Source: Chiloscyllium plagiosum
Lineage: Eukaryota
NCBI RefSeq assembly: GCF_004010195.1
Contig: NC_057720.1
Location: forward strand, 33,068,805-33,132,804
DNA length: 64,000 nucleotides
Direction: 5' to 3'
The translations under genes were made by a program, and so were the position numbers. Positions 27,712 to 39,700 of this stretch are shown here, piece after piece. Numbering within the stretch: position 1 is the first letter of the stretch; every line of letters starts with the position of its first letter. Under the pieces are notes generated by a model. It saw only the letters and a list, made by a program, of their open reading frames with translations, searched no databases and was not told the DNA's origin.

Positions 27712-27832
27712 AGCGAGTTTTGAGAAGATTTGCAGCCCAGGTTGAGGTTCTGGATGTAGGTTTGTTCGCTGAGCTGAAAGGTTCTTTTTCATGAAAATGA
27801 ACCTTCCAGCTCAGCGAGCAAACCTACATCCA
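27712..27832. mobile_element. Fold-back insertion, probably the tail of a further PLE family
   Basis: About 41-bp inverted arms (27751-27791 / 27792-27832) centred on tcatga, plus a one-sided tail. Imperfect TSD taacctttaa / taacccttaa. Confidence 0.6.
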
Positions 27833-28429
27833 TAACCCTTAAATATTTATTTATATTTGGTAGACGAGCTGCCAATTGTGGTACCTGCCCTGCTTCTGTT
27901 CTGGGGGTGAGCTCAGGTGTGGGTAGGTGGTGATGGGTTAGCCACTTCACCAATTATATGCCATCCCCCTCAACCAAACTCACATTGACAAGGGCATGCA
28001 ATATCCAGTCCGAGCCTCGGGTATTCCTTTCTTCCCCCAGTAATGACTCAAGCATAGGAAAGCTAAATGGAATTCCTAGATTTCACATCAGGTCTGCCAG
28101 TTTATAAATATAATTCAGATACATCTGGTCACTTTCCTTGGACAGTTGACAGAAGCCTCTTTACCTCCCTGGTGATGCAATAACAGATTTACAGTGTTTG
28201 ATCATTATTGTTGAAGCTTCCATAAATCCTTTAATATACACCTCATAAAAAGCAGCCCAATATTGACCCTTGGACTTAATTACAAGTAGATTAAGTAGGA
28301 AGTGTTACAGCCTATTAGTAAGCCACAGGATAGATGAGGAGTTCAAAAGTTTTACAAATCTTCTGAAAACGCACCAGGTTGTCAGCCTCGTTGTCTTATT
28401 TTAGAGTAAGCTCTATTTCTGACCCCATC

Positions 28430-28760
28430 ACCTCAGCCATCTATTCCACCTTCCTCAGTGCAGCTGCTGTCAAAACTCTCATCCAAGCTTTTATTACATC
28501 TAGCCTCAATTATTTCAATGTTCCCTTTTGTTGGCCTCCCCTATTCCACACAAAATTTGCTGCATATCTCCTAACTTGCAAGTTCTATTTACCCATCAGC
28601 CCTATACTAGCTGATCTATTGGCTTCTGGTCTACCAATATCCCAAATTTAAAATTCTCTCCCTGGTTTTCAAATTCCACCCTGACCTAACCTAGTCACTG
28701 TACAATCCTCTTAAGAATATTGCATTCTTCCAATTCTGATCTCTTATTCATCCCGGACTT
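28430..28760 (+). mobile_element. Old L2-like LINE 3' remnant
   Basis: KTLIQAFITSSLNYFN in ORF 28379-28651 resembles the L2 motif LIHAFVTSRLDYCN. Confidence 0.55.
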
Positions 28761-29681
28761 CAGCAATGTGGATATTTGCACACAGAATATTTATGTTCCT
28801 GATTCCAAATCCATTGCTGAAGGGTTCACTTGGGTAAAGCCTGTGAAAACATCAGTTGAGACAACGAGGATCCTATTAGAGAAAAGTAAGGAATGAAGTA
28901 TCTTAACAGAAACAAAATGGAAGTTTCAATACCACAGGTTAAAGGGTAGTCTTCTGATTTAGTACATAACAAGTAAACTCTAGGCTTAATTATCAATTCT
29001 ATCTGTTCTAACATTCTATCTGTCTGCACATTCAGAGGTGGACAGTGGTGGTAGTAGAAGTCCATTTGCCTCAAACCTACAACAGTGTGATTCAAAGGAT
29101 TAGATTCAGCCCTGCCAGTTCTAATTATTTGCAGAACAGCATTAATCGCTGTGGACAAAAGAACTTTATGGTATGTATCATGGAAAGGTTCAGAGAGACA
29201 ATAAATAAATCAAGAGTCACAATGTGCCAGTATTTCAGTTTAGCACGTCAACATCCTTTAAAGTGTTCTATTCCAGTCTGAGAAAGAGTGAAGTGCTGAG
29301 GGAGATGCATTTCATGGAGAAAGGTTGTTGGCTTGAGGTCCCACCCGTTCCAGAGAGCGGTAATAACATTGCATGAACTGGTTGATTAGAAAATCTCTCT
29401 ACAAATACCAGGCTGACTTGCAATTGCTTCCTTTAGGGTTGTTATGACACAATGGTAGTGCTCCTCCAACACAGGCCTCCTGGTTTAGAAGAAGTCCCAC
29501 CTACTTAAGAGGTGTGCAAAAACATCTCTAAGCAGGTTGATTTTAAAAAAAGTGTCACCTATAAAGATACATCAAGCTGGTTGCTTCTCTACCAAAGTGG
29601 TGTTCATGCCCAGGGAACTCTGGAGTGTAACTGCTGTCTTTCCCCAGCCCACCATGACACAGGTTCAGTTGAAATAAAATC

Positions 29682-29687
29682 TTTATT
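29682..29687 (-). terminator. Polyadenylation signal of UROD
   Basis: AATAAA on - (tttatt on +), about 110 nt downstream of the stop codon. Confidence 0.65.
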
Positions 29688-29794
29688 TCATATAAAACAT
29701 ATTCTTCTATTAATTATCAGTGCAACTCTTTCAATTCAACATTGTTCCAAGGAGTTGAATCCTTTCTATAGCATAGTATATAGTACTGACGGTA

Positions 29795-29959
29795 CTATTT
29801 GTTCTTGCATATCTGTCGTGAGTGTGTATGGACAGCATCCACAAATGTAGCCACATGTTCAGGATTCATATCAGGATACATGCCATGCCCCAGATTTGCA
29901 ATGTAGCACTGTGTACCAAACTCTTCAATCATCTTCTTCACTATTTCGCTTATTTTATC
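29795..29959 (-). CDS. UROD: UROD last coding exon (DKISEIVKKMIEEFGTQCYIANLGHGMYPDMNPEHVATFVDAVHTHSRQICKNK*)
   Basis: Acceptor tttaaacAG after an 88-nt intron; 55 codons ending in TAG; conserved YIANLGHG motif. Confidence 0.95.
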   Translation of the reverse strand, partial: DKISEIVKKMIEEFGTQCYIANLGHGMYPDMNPEHVATFVDAVHTHSRQICKNK

Positions 29960-30047
29960 CTGTTTAAATATAAGGTAACACCATTATGTTCAAAATTCAT
30001 CTTCAATTATGACTTAAATGACTTCTTCTGCTCCTACTGCTTCTTAC

Positions 30048-30114
30048 CTTAGATGCATAGAGTGCACAAGGATCCATGTTACCTTGAAGGGTTACTTTCT
30101 TTCCTGTTCTTTCA
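30048..30114 (-). CDS. UROD: UROD exon equivalent to human exon 9 (ERTGKKVTLQGNMDPCALYASK)
   Basis: Acceptor ttctcctgcAG, donor AAG|GTaaga, 67 nt. Phase is compatible with the previous exon (CG+T = Arg). LQGN(L/M)DP motif. Confidence 0.95.
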
Positions 30115-30314
30115 CTGCAGGAGAAGGAACAAGTCCAAACATTAGCAAATTTCCATCCATTTCTCCTTCAGACTAAAAACTTGGTGGTGGGAAAACCAGT
30201 TTCAAAGACACGCATCATTCACAATGATGCCACTTTAGAAAGTTCAATCTACAAGCACTAATGATTTGCATGAGATGTGTCCTTTTGGATAAAGGGGATA
30301 CAATAAGTTAAATG

Positions 30315-30610
30315 TTTATTCATGGGATGTAGGAATTGCTACCAATGGTAAGATTTATTGCACCTTCATAGTTGCCCCCTTTTTGAAGTCTCAGTGGCTT
30401 GCTTGGTCTTTTCAGAAAGCAGTTAAGTGTTGACCACATTGCTGTGGATTTGAAGTTACACATATCCTGAACCAGGTAAAGACAGATTTCTTTCACCAAA
30501 GATGTGTGAATTGGCAACAATTCAGTGCTTGTAAAACCACCACCATTACTGATATTAGCTACTGTTAAAGTCCAGATTTATTTCCTTCATTGACTTTAAA
30601 TTTTGAGCTG
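30315..30610 (-). mobile_element. Decayed tRNA-derived SINE with L2/CR1-like tail
   Basis: Homologous to 53226-53574. Confidence 0.55.
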
Positions 30611-30617
30611 CTTTATA

Positions 30618-30944
30618 GGCATGGTGGTAAATGGTTAGCACTGCTGCCTCTCAGCACCAGAACTCAGGTTCGTGTCCCAACCTTGGGTAACAGTCTGGGT
30701 GGAGCCCTCCCCGGGTTTGCTGGGTGCTCTGTTTCCTCCCACAGTCCAAAGATGGGCAGCGTAGGTGGATCGGTTATGCTAAATTGCCCATTGGCAAAAG
30801 GATATGCAGCCACGGTGGATTAGCCATGGGAAATGCAGGGTTATAAAGATGGGGGTGGGTCTGGGTGGGATGCTCTTCAGAGGGTTGGTGTGGACTCAAA
30901 GGGCCAAATGGCCTGTTTCCACACTGTAGGGATCATATGATTCT
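30618..30944 (+). mobile_element. HE1/V-SINE-type SINE
   Basis: Homologous to 10068-10390. Confidence 0.8.
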
Positions 30945-31389
30945 GAAGTGTTGGCATAGGTAAAGAGACTGTAATGTGGCATGTGATGGCTGATAGTACC
31001 TACAATTTGGCAATGTATTTATTCCCAATTGTGGTGACGTGGCCTACAAAAGAAAATTGCATAATAAAAGACTGATGTGATACATATAGTTATTCAGAGG
31101 TCTTTTACTGCTGATTTTGTTCAGCATTACCAATTCAGTTTACAGCTCAGTTCTGAAATTGGCATGGGCTGTGTGTGGTAAGCAAGATTAGCACCTCACC
31201 CACATACAAATATCACGTCAGGAAGTCAAAGAAAACGGTTTCCTCAAAATAAACCATGCGGCTTATTGGTTACTATGAAAAAACTTTCTGGAAGACTTTT
31301 TAACTACTTATGCTCCGAATTCAGTCTTTGTTTTCCTACAATCAGCTCTTGCTTTGGCATTCTGCCTATAAAATTATATAATTTTTTCA

Positions 31390-31642
31390 AATAAGACTCT
31401 TGTATGGGACATAGGCACTGCTGGCAAGGCTGTATTTTTTGTCCATCCCTAGCTGCCATTTCAGAGGACAGCTTTTATTTTGGACAAAGTTACATGTTCA
31501 CCATTCGACTAGCCTTTTAATTCCAGGTCATTTTAAAAATGGAATTCAAAATTCACCATCTGCCATGGTGGGATTGCAATCCATGACCCTAGAACAGTGA
31601 ACTTAGTCCACAGATCCAGGTTACCACTAAATTACTGCCTTC
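31390..31642 (-). mobile_element. Decayed tRNA-derived SINE with L2/CR1-like tail
   Basis: Homologous to 53226-53574, with an internal deletion. Confidence 0.6.
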
Positions 31643-32489
31643 CTTACCTTTACTAGTTTAGGCCTGAAATGGCTCAGCAGTATGGAGTTTAGCACTAAGA
31701 TCCCAAGATGGCAAGATGGACATTCCATGTTGAATATCTCTTGACCAGCTTTGCACATTCCACCATCTATACAGCGGGGCTTAAAGAAGACTCCATTCTG
31801 CTATCCTACAATGACCCTGTAATGGTCTAGTTGTCAGCTATCATATGCCAGCAATCTCCTCAAATTTAAAAGTTTCATTCTTACCTTGGAATCCCTCTAC
31901 AAGCACAATCTCCACCCCTCCCAGCCTCTATATCTAACTTTCTGCTCGGTTTCCAATTCTTAAACATCCATAACATTCATCCATCCAATCTTTGCTGCCC
32001 ACTTCCCCTCATGATCCATGTCTGTCCATCACAAATCTCCAAATTAAATTAAAGTGGCATATTTTGGAAAGGTCTCTTCTGCTTCCTGACCCATCCCTTT
32101 TCTTGTCATTCCTCCAATAGTCCACCCGTCTCTTGCCAGCCCACCCTCTCTTTGAATCTCCCAATCCTGACTCTCCAGCTCTCCATTTTCCATGTCCCAT
32201 CTTAACATCCCAAACATATTTAAGTCCATTGTTGAGTAACTGGTCAAAAAAGGACTGAAGCTGATCACAAACCCACTTGAAGAGAACTTGCCTTCTGCCA
32301 CTTGCTATTCATTACCAGAGTCCCAGGAGAAGGAACCAGCAAAAGGAAGGATCAGCAATCGGGAGGGTTGGGAAATTGGAGAAATCATAAGTCAGACAGA
32401 CAGGAGGGTTGTTTATGGAGTGACAGAGGCTACAGTTCAGAGAATCAATGAGGGAAATGGTTTGCAGAAAGCAGGATGTTTTTAAAAAA

Positions 32490-32776
32490 AGATAATTTAT
32501 GTGATGTGGGCATCACTGGCTAGCCAGCACTTATTACCCATCTCTAACTACCCAGAGGGTAGTTAAGAATCAACCACATTGCTGTGTGTCTGGAAACACA
32601 TAGACCAGACCAGGTAAGGATGGCAGTTTCCTTCCCTGAAGGACATTAGTGAATCAGATAGGTTTTCCAACAAAAGACTCTTAATTTCAGATATTTATTC
32701 AATTCAAATTCGAAAATATTACAGGGTGTCTGGCTTGATAGTCCAGTGATAATACCATTAGGCTATTACCTCCCCA
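32490..32776 (-). mobile_element. tRNA-derived SINE with L2/CR1-like tail
   Basis: Homologous to 53226-53574 and 61358-61688. Confidence 0.75.
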
Positions 32777-35700
32777 AAATGAGGGGTGTCCAGTTCAGGA
32801 TCAGTAATGAGCAACACTGGCAGTGATCATACGCCAAGTAGCAAGTTACTATATTACTTTCACATTTGAGCTTTGTCGTAGGAATTTAGCAATATAAAAT
32901 ATTTCAACTTCCAGGTTTATAATTTTTTTTTCATAATTCTTTTTCAGATGAGAAAAAGTCCCACAGGACCTAACTGTAGCTTTTACACTGGTTTTGATGG
33001 GAAAATGTGATTTGCTTAAAACTGGTTCAGTTAAAGTTGTGACTTTCAGAAACACAATTTAATCTTTAAGTGAGATTTACTATCATTTCAGATTTTGGCA
33101 GAATGGCTACATTATGTAAACAATGATTAAGTTCCATTTCTTCTTACAAACGTTTACAGTTAAAGATTAAATTTGCTTTAAAAAAATCATATGGTGCTCT
33201 GGAAGTTCAAAGAACAACAGGCACAAGCTGTTGATTTTGTACTTAGAAATGAAGCCTGTAGTCATGTCTAACATTCACCTCTCCTTCCCAGCTATGACCT
33301 ACCCACCTGAACCTGCCCTTGAAACAAAGACAATGACTGCAGGGTCAATGGCATTAACAGCTGTATAGGATGGTTGTTTGACAGGTTCAGTTCTCTGGAA
33401 GCCACACCTTGACAATAGTGCATTTGGCAGCAGTTGTGTTTATTTACACTACTTCTCAATTCGCTTGATAATGGCTCCCAGAAATGTTGAGAGGCCATTA
33501 AGTAACCAAACAGTGACACATATTTACACTTGTGCCTCACTGACTAATTGTACACCTGGGATCTGCCATCTCAGACAAAACGTGATCTTCAAAAGGCAAG
33601 CAAGAAGGGCAGAGAACTAATCAAGTTCAAAAAAGTGAAGTGAATCATGCACAATGCTCAAACAGCACAGCTTGATGCAATGCACCAATCCTTACTACTT
33701 GCTCATCCGGAAATCATTGCTTTCTCTGAAGAGCGATATTTCATTGTAACAACCAATAATTTGCAGGAGGGGCCTAGTGTTATAGTTGGAAAACTGCAAA
33801 ATGCAGCTTGGATTTAAATCCAGCCCATAATAACAGTGAAATGCCCTTTCATTGCAAAAGTACAATCAAAAGAGGTTGGAGAAGATTCAAGCCAGTTCCT
33901 AGTATGCAAAAAATAAATTCATTACAAGGTGGCTTTCAGTTAGTTTTTCACAGACAGTCCACAAGAATTATTTCTTCAGAAACAGAAACATTCAATAGCT
34001 CAGTAAGGAGATGCCCTTTGAAGGCTCCAGTTAAGGGGTACAAGCCAGACTGACTTACATTTTCATTGTTTCTTTTATGTATTGGACATTCCAAAAGGCT
34101 TCAAAGCCAATGAATTGCTATTTGAAGTGCGGGCCAAAAAATCAAGTCACAACTTACATATTTAACATTGAAAACTTGTCTATTTTCATGCAATTAGATC
34201 ACACAGACAAGATGAACCACTAGTATGTAATGTTGATGCACTGCCAGAAGAGCTTCACTTTGAATTTTTTATGCAAGTTTTATTTCCAATTCCACATGGA
34301 TTGCATATCCACCATCCGGATCTCCCATATTCGACCCAACTCCACTCTAACCTTCTGGCTGCTGACTCCAAACACAACTTCAGTCATCAAATTCCACATC
34401 ATCACTAACTCTTCTCCCACTCTGCATCAGATTTTCCTGTGAAATGTTTCAAGATGTCGACTTTAAAGCTGTTACAAAGTACAAGCTGCTTTTTGATTCT
34501 CCTGCTAATTGATGCCACTAGGACTGTCAGACATCCTGCAGAGCACTACTTCACATGCTAAGGGAGATAGGAGCGTCACAACGTCATGGGAAAAGATTAA
34601 TATATGGTCAATGATCATGAACTACATGATGTAGTTTTGAAACAGGCACACAAAAATATTTCATACATTCTAATAATTCCAGGTAGTAATTAAATGACCT
34701 GAAAGAGTGTTTCACATTTCAACTTGTACTAGCATTTTGGTCATTTCATTTTTCTCATACAGGAATACATTAGAAATATTACTCATTGGGTAGTCTTTTA
34801 AATAGTCTACATGGTTTCAATTTTACAATGAGGGGAAAGTGTAATAATCAGAATTGATCAACAATTGATAAATCAACATGTATGCTTTAACTCCAATGCT
34901 AATGGTTATTGTGGCTGGCTGATACTTGTTCTCAAAATTCAAGTCCAGAATGGGTTAACACGTTGAATAAATATTTCTGTGTTTCCTACACAGATGTCTT
35001 ATCTCATCATTGTTATTTTCTGAACACAAAGCACTTATCTTACAAAAGCAGAAAGACCCATTCTGTTGTAATCCAAGTTTTTTTCTCCGCAATATATATA
35101 TAGGGCCTATCATTCAAAAGAACCCCTTGATGTTCACTAGTCTTTAGTATTCTTGTTGAATGGAGTAATTAAAATATTTACTATGCTTCAACAACAAAGC
35201 TATTTCAACAAAGCCACTTTATTCTCTATTTTTATCCAGTTTAATTTTTTTTCTTCCACATTTTTCAGTTCCTCTACATACATAGTTTCCTGACCCAGTT
35301 TTGCATAGAATTTAGGAAGGTGCCTGCACTCTAGGCCTCTAATAATGACAATTTGGATCACGAAGTGTATGAGGTTGGTTCATTGGTGACTCCTCCTTCT
35401 CTCTTTAATAAACAAATGAAGGGCAAACAAATCTGTGGGTGAGCTGAGCATTTGGAGGGGGGAGGAAAGGGAGACTTGGAAGCTTCCAATATTAGCTTTA
35501 ACAAAAAAGAGAAATGGGCTAAGTTGGAAACTTGAAACAGAGTGGAAAACGTGGTGAGGAATAGAAAGGAGGGGGACGTATTGAACCATCTGCTCTTCCT
35601 ACTTCACAATGCACTTTGCTGTAGGAAAATTCTCAGCTCAGTCATTTACAGCTGCACAAAGTTCAAAATGCCTAACCTTTGGCTTTCCATTCATTTTGCA

Positions 35701-36127
35701 TTACTGCATCCACAGATTTGCTTAACCGTGCCTTTGTTGCCAATGTAACCATTACTTTCCAGTATCCAAATCCTTCACCCTCATTTGCCCCAGCTTTGAT
35801 TTCTGTCTACACAGGTACTGATTTGAGCATAGGTACTGCTCAGCTCCACTGTGACTGGGCCATTAGGCTTAGGAGGCTCCATCTTCCTGCAGCATGAGCA
35901 GTTAAAGGCATAATTGTGTGTCACAAAACAGTAATACTCAGTCAGAAACTATGTAACACATGGAGCAAATGTATGTAGAACATTCATTCATTCTTGCATT
36001 TCTCTTTTGGGAAGGCAATTGAAAAATAGTATTGCGCTCAATAAGTTGATTTTAAATCATTACTTGAATGCTCTTAAATTAACAGCAGTTTGTCAGATAA
36101 ATCATGGTTAAATGCTGCTCAGCGTAC

Positions 36128-36228
36128 CGTGCAACTTTAGGCTGAATAGTCCAGTCCAACCCCACCACTTCATATCCAGACTGTGAAATATCTTCTAAGG
36201 CATAATGGGCATCTTTTGCAAATACAAT
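36128..36228 (-). CDS. UROD: Uroporphyrinogen decarboxylase, exon equivalent to human exon 8 ([34 protein letters not shown])
   Basis: Acceptor tatcccAG, donor CG|GTacgc, 101 nt. The FAKD...[10 protein letters not shown] motif is characteristic of UROD. Confidence 0.95.
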
Positions 36229-36304
36229 CTGGGATATAAAAACACAATGAAATAGATTATTTGGAGAATAAGCAAATTTCATGTTCAAACAACTATAAAA
36301 CAGA

Positions 36305-36690
36305 AGCAAAACACTGCAGATGGTGGAAATTCTCTGGAGGTCTGGTAGCATATGTGGAGCTAGCAATAGAATAAGTGTTTTAGGGTGTTGACCTTTCAGA
36401 ACTGAGAAAAGTTCGTGGTGCTACAAGTTTTTAAGCAATGAAAGCAAAAGGATGGGAAAAAAGAACACAGAGGAATCTCTGGATGAGGAAGGCAAAAGAG
36501 ATTCAATGACACTAGGGTTCCTGATGTAAAAAGAGGGTGGTGATGGGATAAGTCAAAAAAAGGAGTATCAAGAAATTGAAAAAGGCAGAACCGAGAAAAC
36601 ATCTGCCATCAAAAAATCATGCAAAATGAATCCCAAAACTTGTGAGAAAGAACAGAAGCAAAATGTGGCAGAGGTTAAGGCCTGATATTT
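36305..36690 (-). mobile_element. Old Penelope-like element tail remnant
   Basis: ctgcagatggtggaaat..aggtctggtagcat..cagaactgag, followed by a purine-rich UTR as in 15111-15605. Confidence 0.45.
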
Positions 36691-36698
36691 AATACGGT

Positions 36699-36717
36699 GG
36701 GGGGGGGGGGGGGGGGG
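36699..36717 (+). repeat. G19 homopolymer
   Basis: Seen directly. Confidence 0.9.
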
Positions 36718-39700
36718 AATCACATCTCAAATTAAATACTGGGCTTGGAAGGGATACAGCATGGTTAACCAAAATTAAACCAGAGTGTAAAATATAGTTG
36801 GACATCATGCCCAAGCTGGATTGGTATTCGCTCACGGAGACAGCGGATCAGCCATCTAATAGAGATAGAGGAGGCTCTCATCCCATCGGAAGAAAAAAGC
36901 ACAAATCTGAACAGTTCCTCCCTGGATCCTCTGATCAGTCCATCTTTCCCAATACAAAGGCTACAGTTGGGAATCAGTGTAATTTAGCTCATGCTTCCTC
37001 TGTTGTATCAGGTGTGCATGTACATATGCCTTCTTTGAGTGTAGTCCCAAAATTTTCCAACAGTTAGAATTGATCCAATGCAACCTCAAAAAAAATTTCC
37101 CAGAACCATATTACTTTTACAAATCCTTAAAGAATTATCTTTACAGTCTTAGCATAATCAGCAGAGTACGATCAATTTGATATCCGTTCCCAATCAGTGT
37201 AGAACCTTGATTTCAGACCCTACTGTAGTGACAAAATTGAAACATTGTTTCACTGGAACTAGTAGTGCATTGTGCAAATCTCCAGTGACACAGGAAGACA
37301 GACACAAGATCCTAATAAATCAGGCTTTTGTCACGGGCCACCATCTCCCATCTATCCCAATAACTTGGGTAATTTATTGGCCTTTCATCCCTCAAAACAT
37401 TCTAAGTCTTGCTTTACAAACTAAATTCCCCCTTCCATCAACTAAATCACTGACTCCATCTCAGTTCTCTCCATTGGAAATCTTCAGCTTCTGTGAATAA
37501 TAACAGCTGTGTTTCCATTCAGTATAAAACTTAAAAATGATCACTTGACACTATTCATTTTGTACAGTTCTAAATACACCACTGTACATACACAACCTTT
37601 AAATTCCATGAGCAGCACTTTATGTGCAATTAGCTTTATTTAGTGCATCATGTAGCACAGTAAGGATCAACATATTTTGGAGAAATGACAAAATTATCTC
37701 CAAAACATTATCAAAATGTGTTAGTTCACAAGTGGCATTAGCAGAGAACAAGCAGCAGATTGACTATTTGCCATGTTACAGGCAAACTAAAGTAACCCAC
37801 AATATACGTAGTACCTTTAACATAACTTTGTGAACACTGACTGGATATTGAACAGGAGTTCAATTACTCAAGGGATCTTTTGAAAATGAACAATAGGTAA
37901 ATAATCCTTTGTTTTTAAAGATTATGGGAATGCTATTATTCTCTTTCTTAAATACGAAAGGTATCTCAGTGCATGACTTTAAAAGTTCAATACAATTGTC
38001 AATGCTTTTTCACATATTTCATATGTAAAGAGCTTTGTGTTTCCTGTCTGACTGTTATTGGTGTCATTTGGGCTTTTAGGTTTTTTCCTAATTCCTGAAA
38101 TTACGTATTGTGGGTTAAAGGAATGGGGTAATGTACAAGAGGCCAGAAGCAGGTGAATGGCAAGTTTGAGAAATAGGTAGGCTGGCAGTTAGAGGTAATA
38201 CTGAGTGATGAGACATTCCATCTGGCTTTGATTTTGTCATTACTCTCATGTCATTGATGATCTGCTTTGATAGTTAGTGTTGATAACATGGGGCTTTCCA
38301 TTTCTGCAGCACCTGAATGAACGGAAACTCAATACAGCTCATGTACCTCAACACATGGAATTCTGTCCTTCCTTTTTATCTTCACAAAGGTACATAAATC
38401 CCTTAAATGGAACTAAGCCAGCCCATGGATAAGACACTTTAGCCAGTAAACAGTATGAAGGGCACACACAGATGCATAGACATAGACAACAAAAATGAAG
38501 TTTAGATCAAACTTCTTAGAGCAAATAATTTCAGATTGTGGAATCTTTTATACAACAATCCAGTTTCCCTTTAAACATTCAACATGAATTAAACGGAATA
38601 CTGTCCAGAATTATGCATAAGTGTCAAATTCTAGCATTACAATTGAGTACTGTATACACACACAAACACCAATCTGGAGGAGGTCAGCACAGAGATCACA
38701 GAACAGATTAGACAGAACATGCAGATGTATTAAAATGTCTACTGGAATTAAAGCAGCCATACAGAATGTTATGTAATCTAAACCTGCACCAGGAGTGGAA
38801 AAGCAATCCTCTCACCAATCCCCAGCAATTGATTCAAAACTTGATATTGGGATTTAAGGTCCTAAATCAGATTTAAATTTAGAATAAAACAGATTGATTT
38901 ATTTGAATTTGTATAATTCAACATCTGCTCTGCAATTAACAAAATCACACAAAATAAAATCTGGGTTAGGCACTCGTTTTTCACCTCTGACTGGAGTTCA
39001 AATCCAACCCAAACCGGTGATGAAATCTCTTGTGGTGTCCTGCCATAAGGATCCAATGCAAAATGAGCTTGAACAGTTTCAATCTAGTTCTGGGTGGGTT
39101 CGCTTAATTGGCAATCTCATAATGGGGCACTGGCAAATGGGATTACATCACTGTTTCTGGTGCTTTTGTAAGTTAGAATTGATACGCATTTTCAAGGCAA
39201 AGCAAAGGGAACAGGTTACTACCATTACAAAGCTGATCAGGTGAATGTCTGATGCTGACAGTACATGCCCACATGGAAAGTAATCCATTTCCTAACTTTA
39301 AACTCCCTCATCATGATCAGAAACCAAAATAAAACTTCATTAACTATTCCTGGAATGATATTACAATGGTAGTATTTATTCCACATCCCCATTGTACTGA
39401 GAACTTGAAGAGTCAGGCAGAGTATGGGACTGGAATCTTATGCACAGGCCAGTCCAGATTGGAACTGTAAATTAGCTTCTTAAAAAGGAAATGGAAGCTT
39501 CTGTTAAGGGTGAATTTTGTTACAAATGGAAATTACATTTGGTTCAATGGATTTTGTGCTGTAATCTACAGTGTTTGCATGCGATTCTTCTACCTATACC
39601 TTATAATAATTCTTAGTTGCTGCTTAAGATTCAAACTGCATAACAATAAACTGGGGAGTGGATATTTCTCAAGGGTTTCTGAAGATGCTGCATCTTTACA

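Noticed and set aside
38800..38850. FESIAG on - as a candidate UROD exon 7
   Set aside because: No acceptor in the expected place, no similarity in the flanks, and an early stop.
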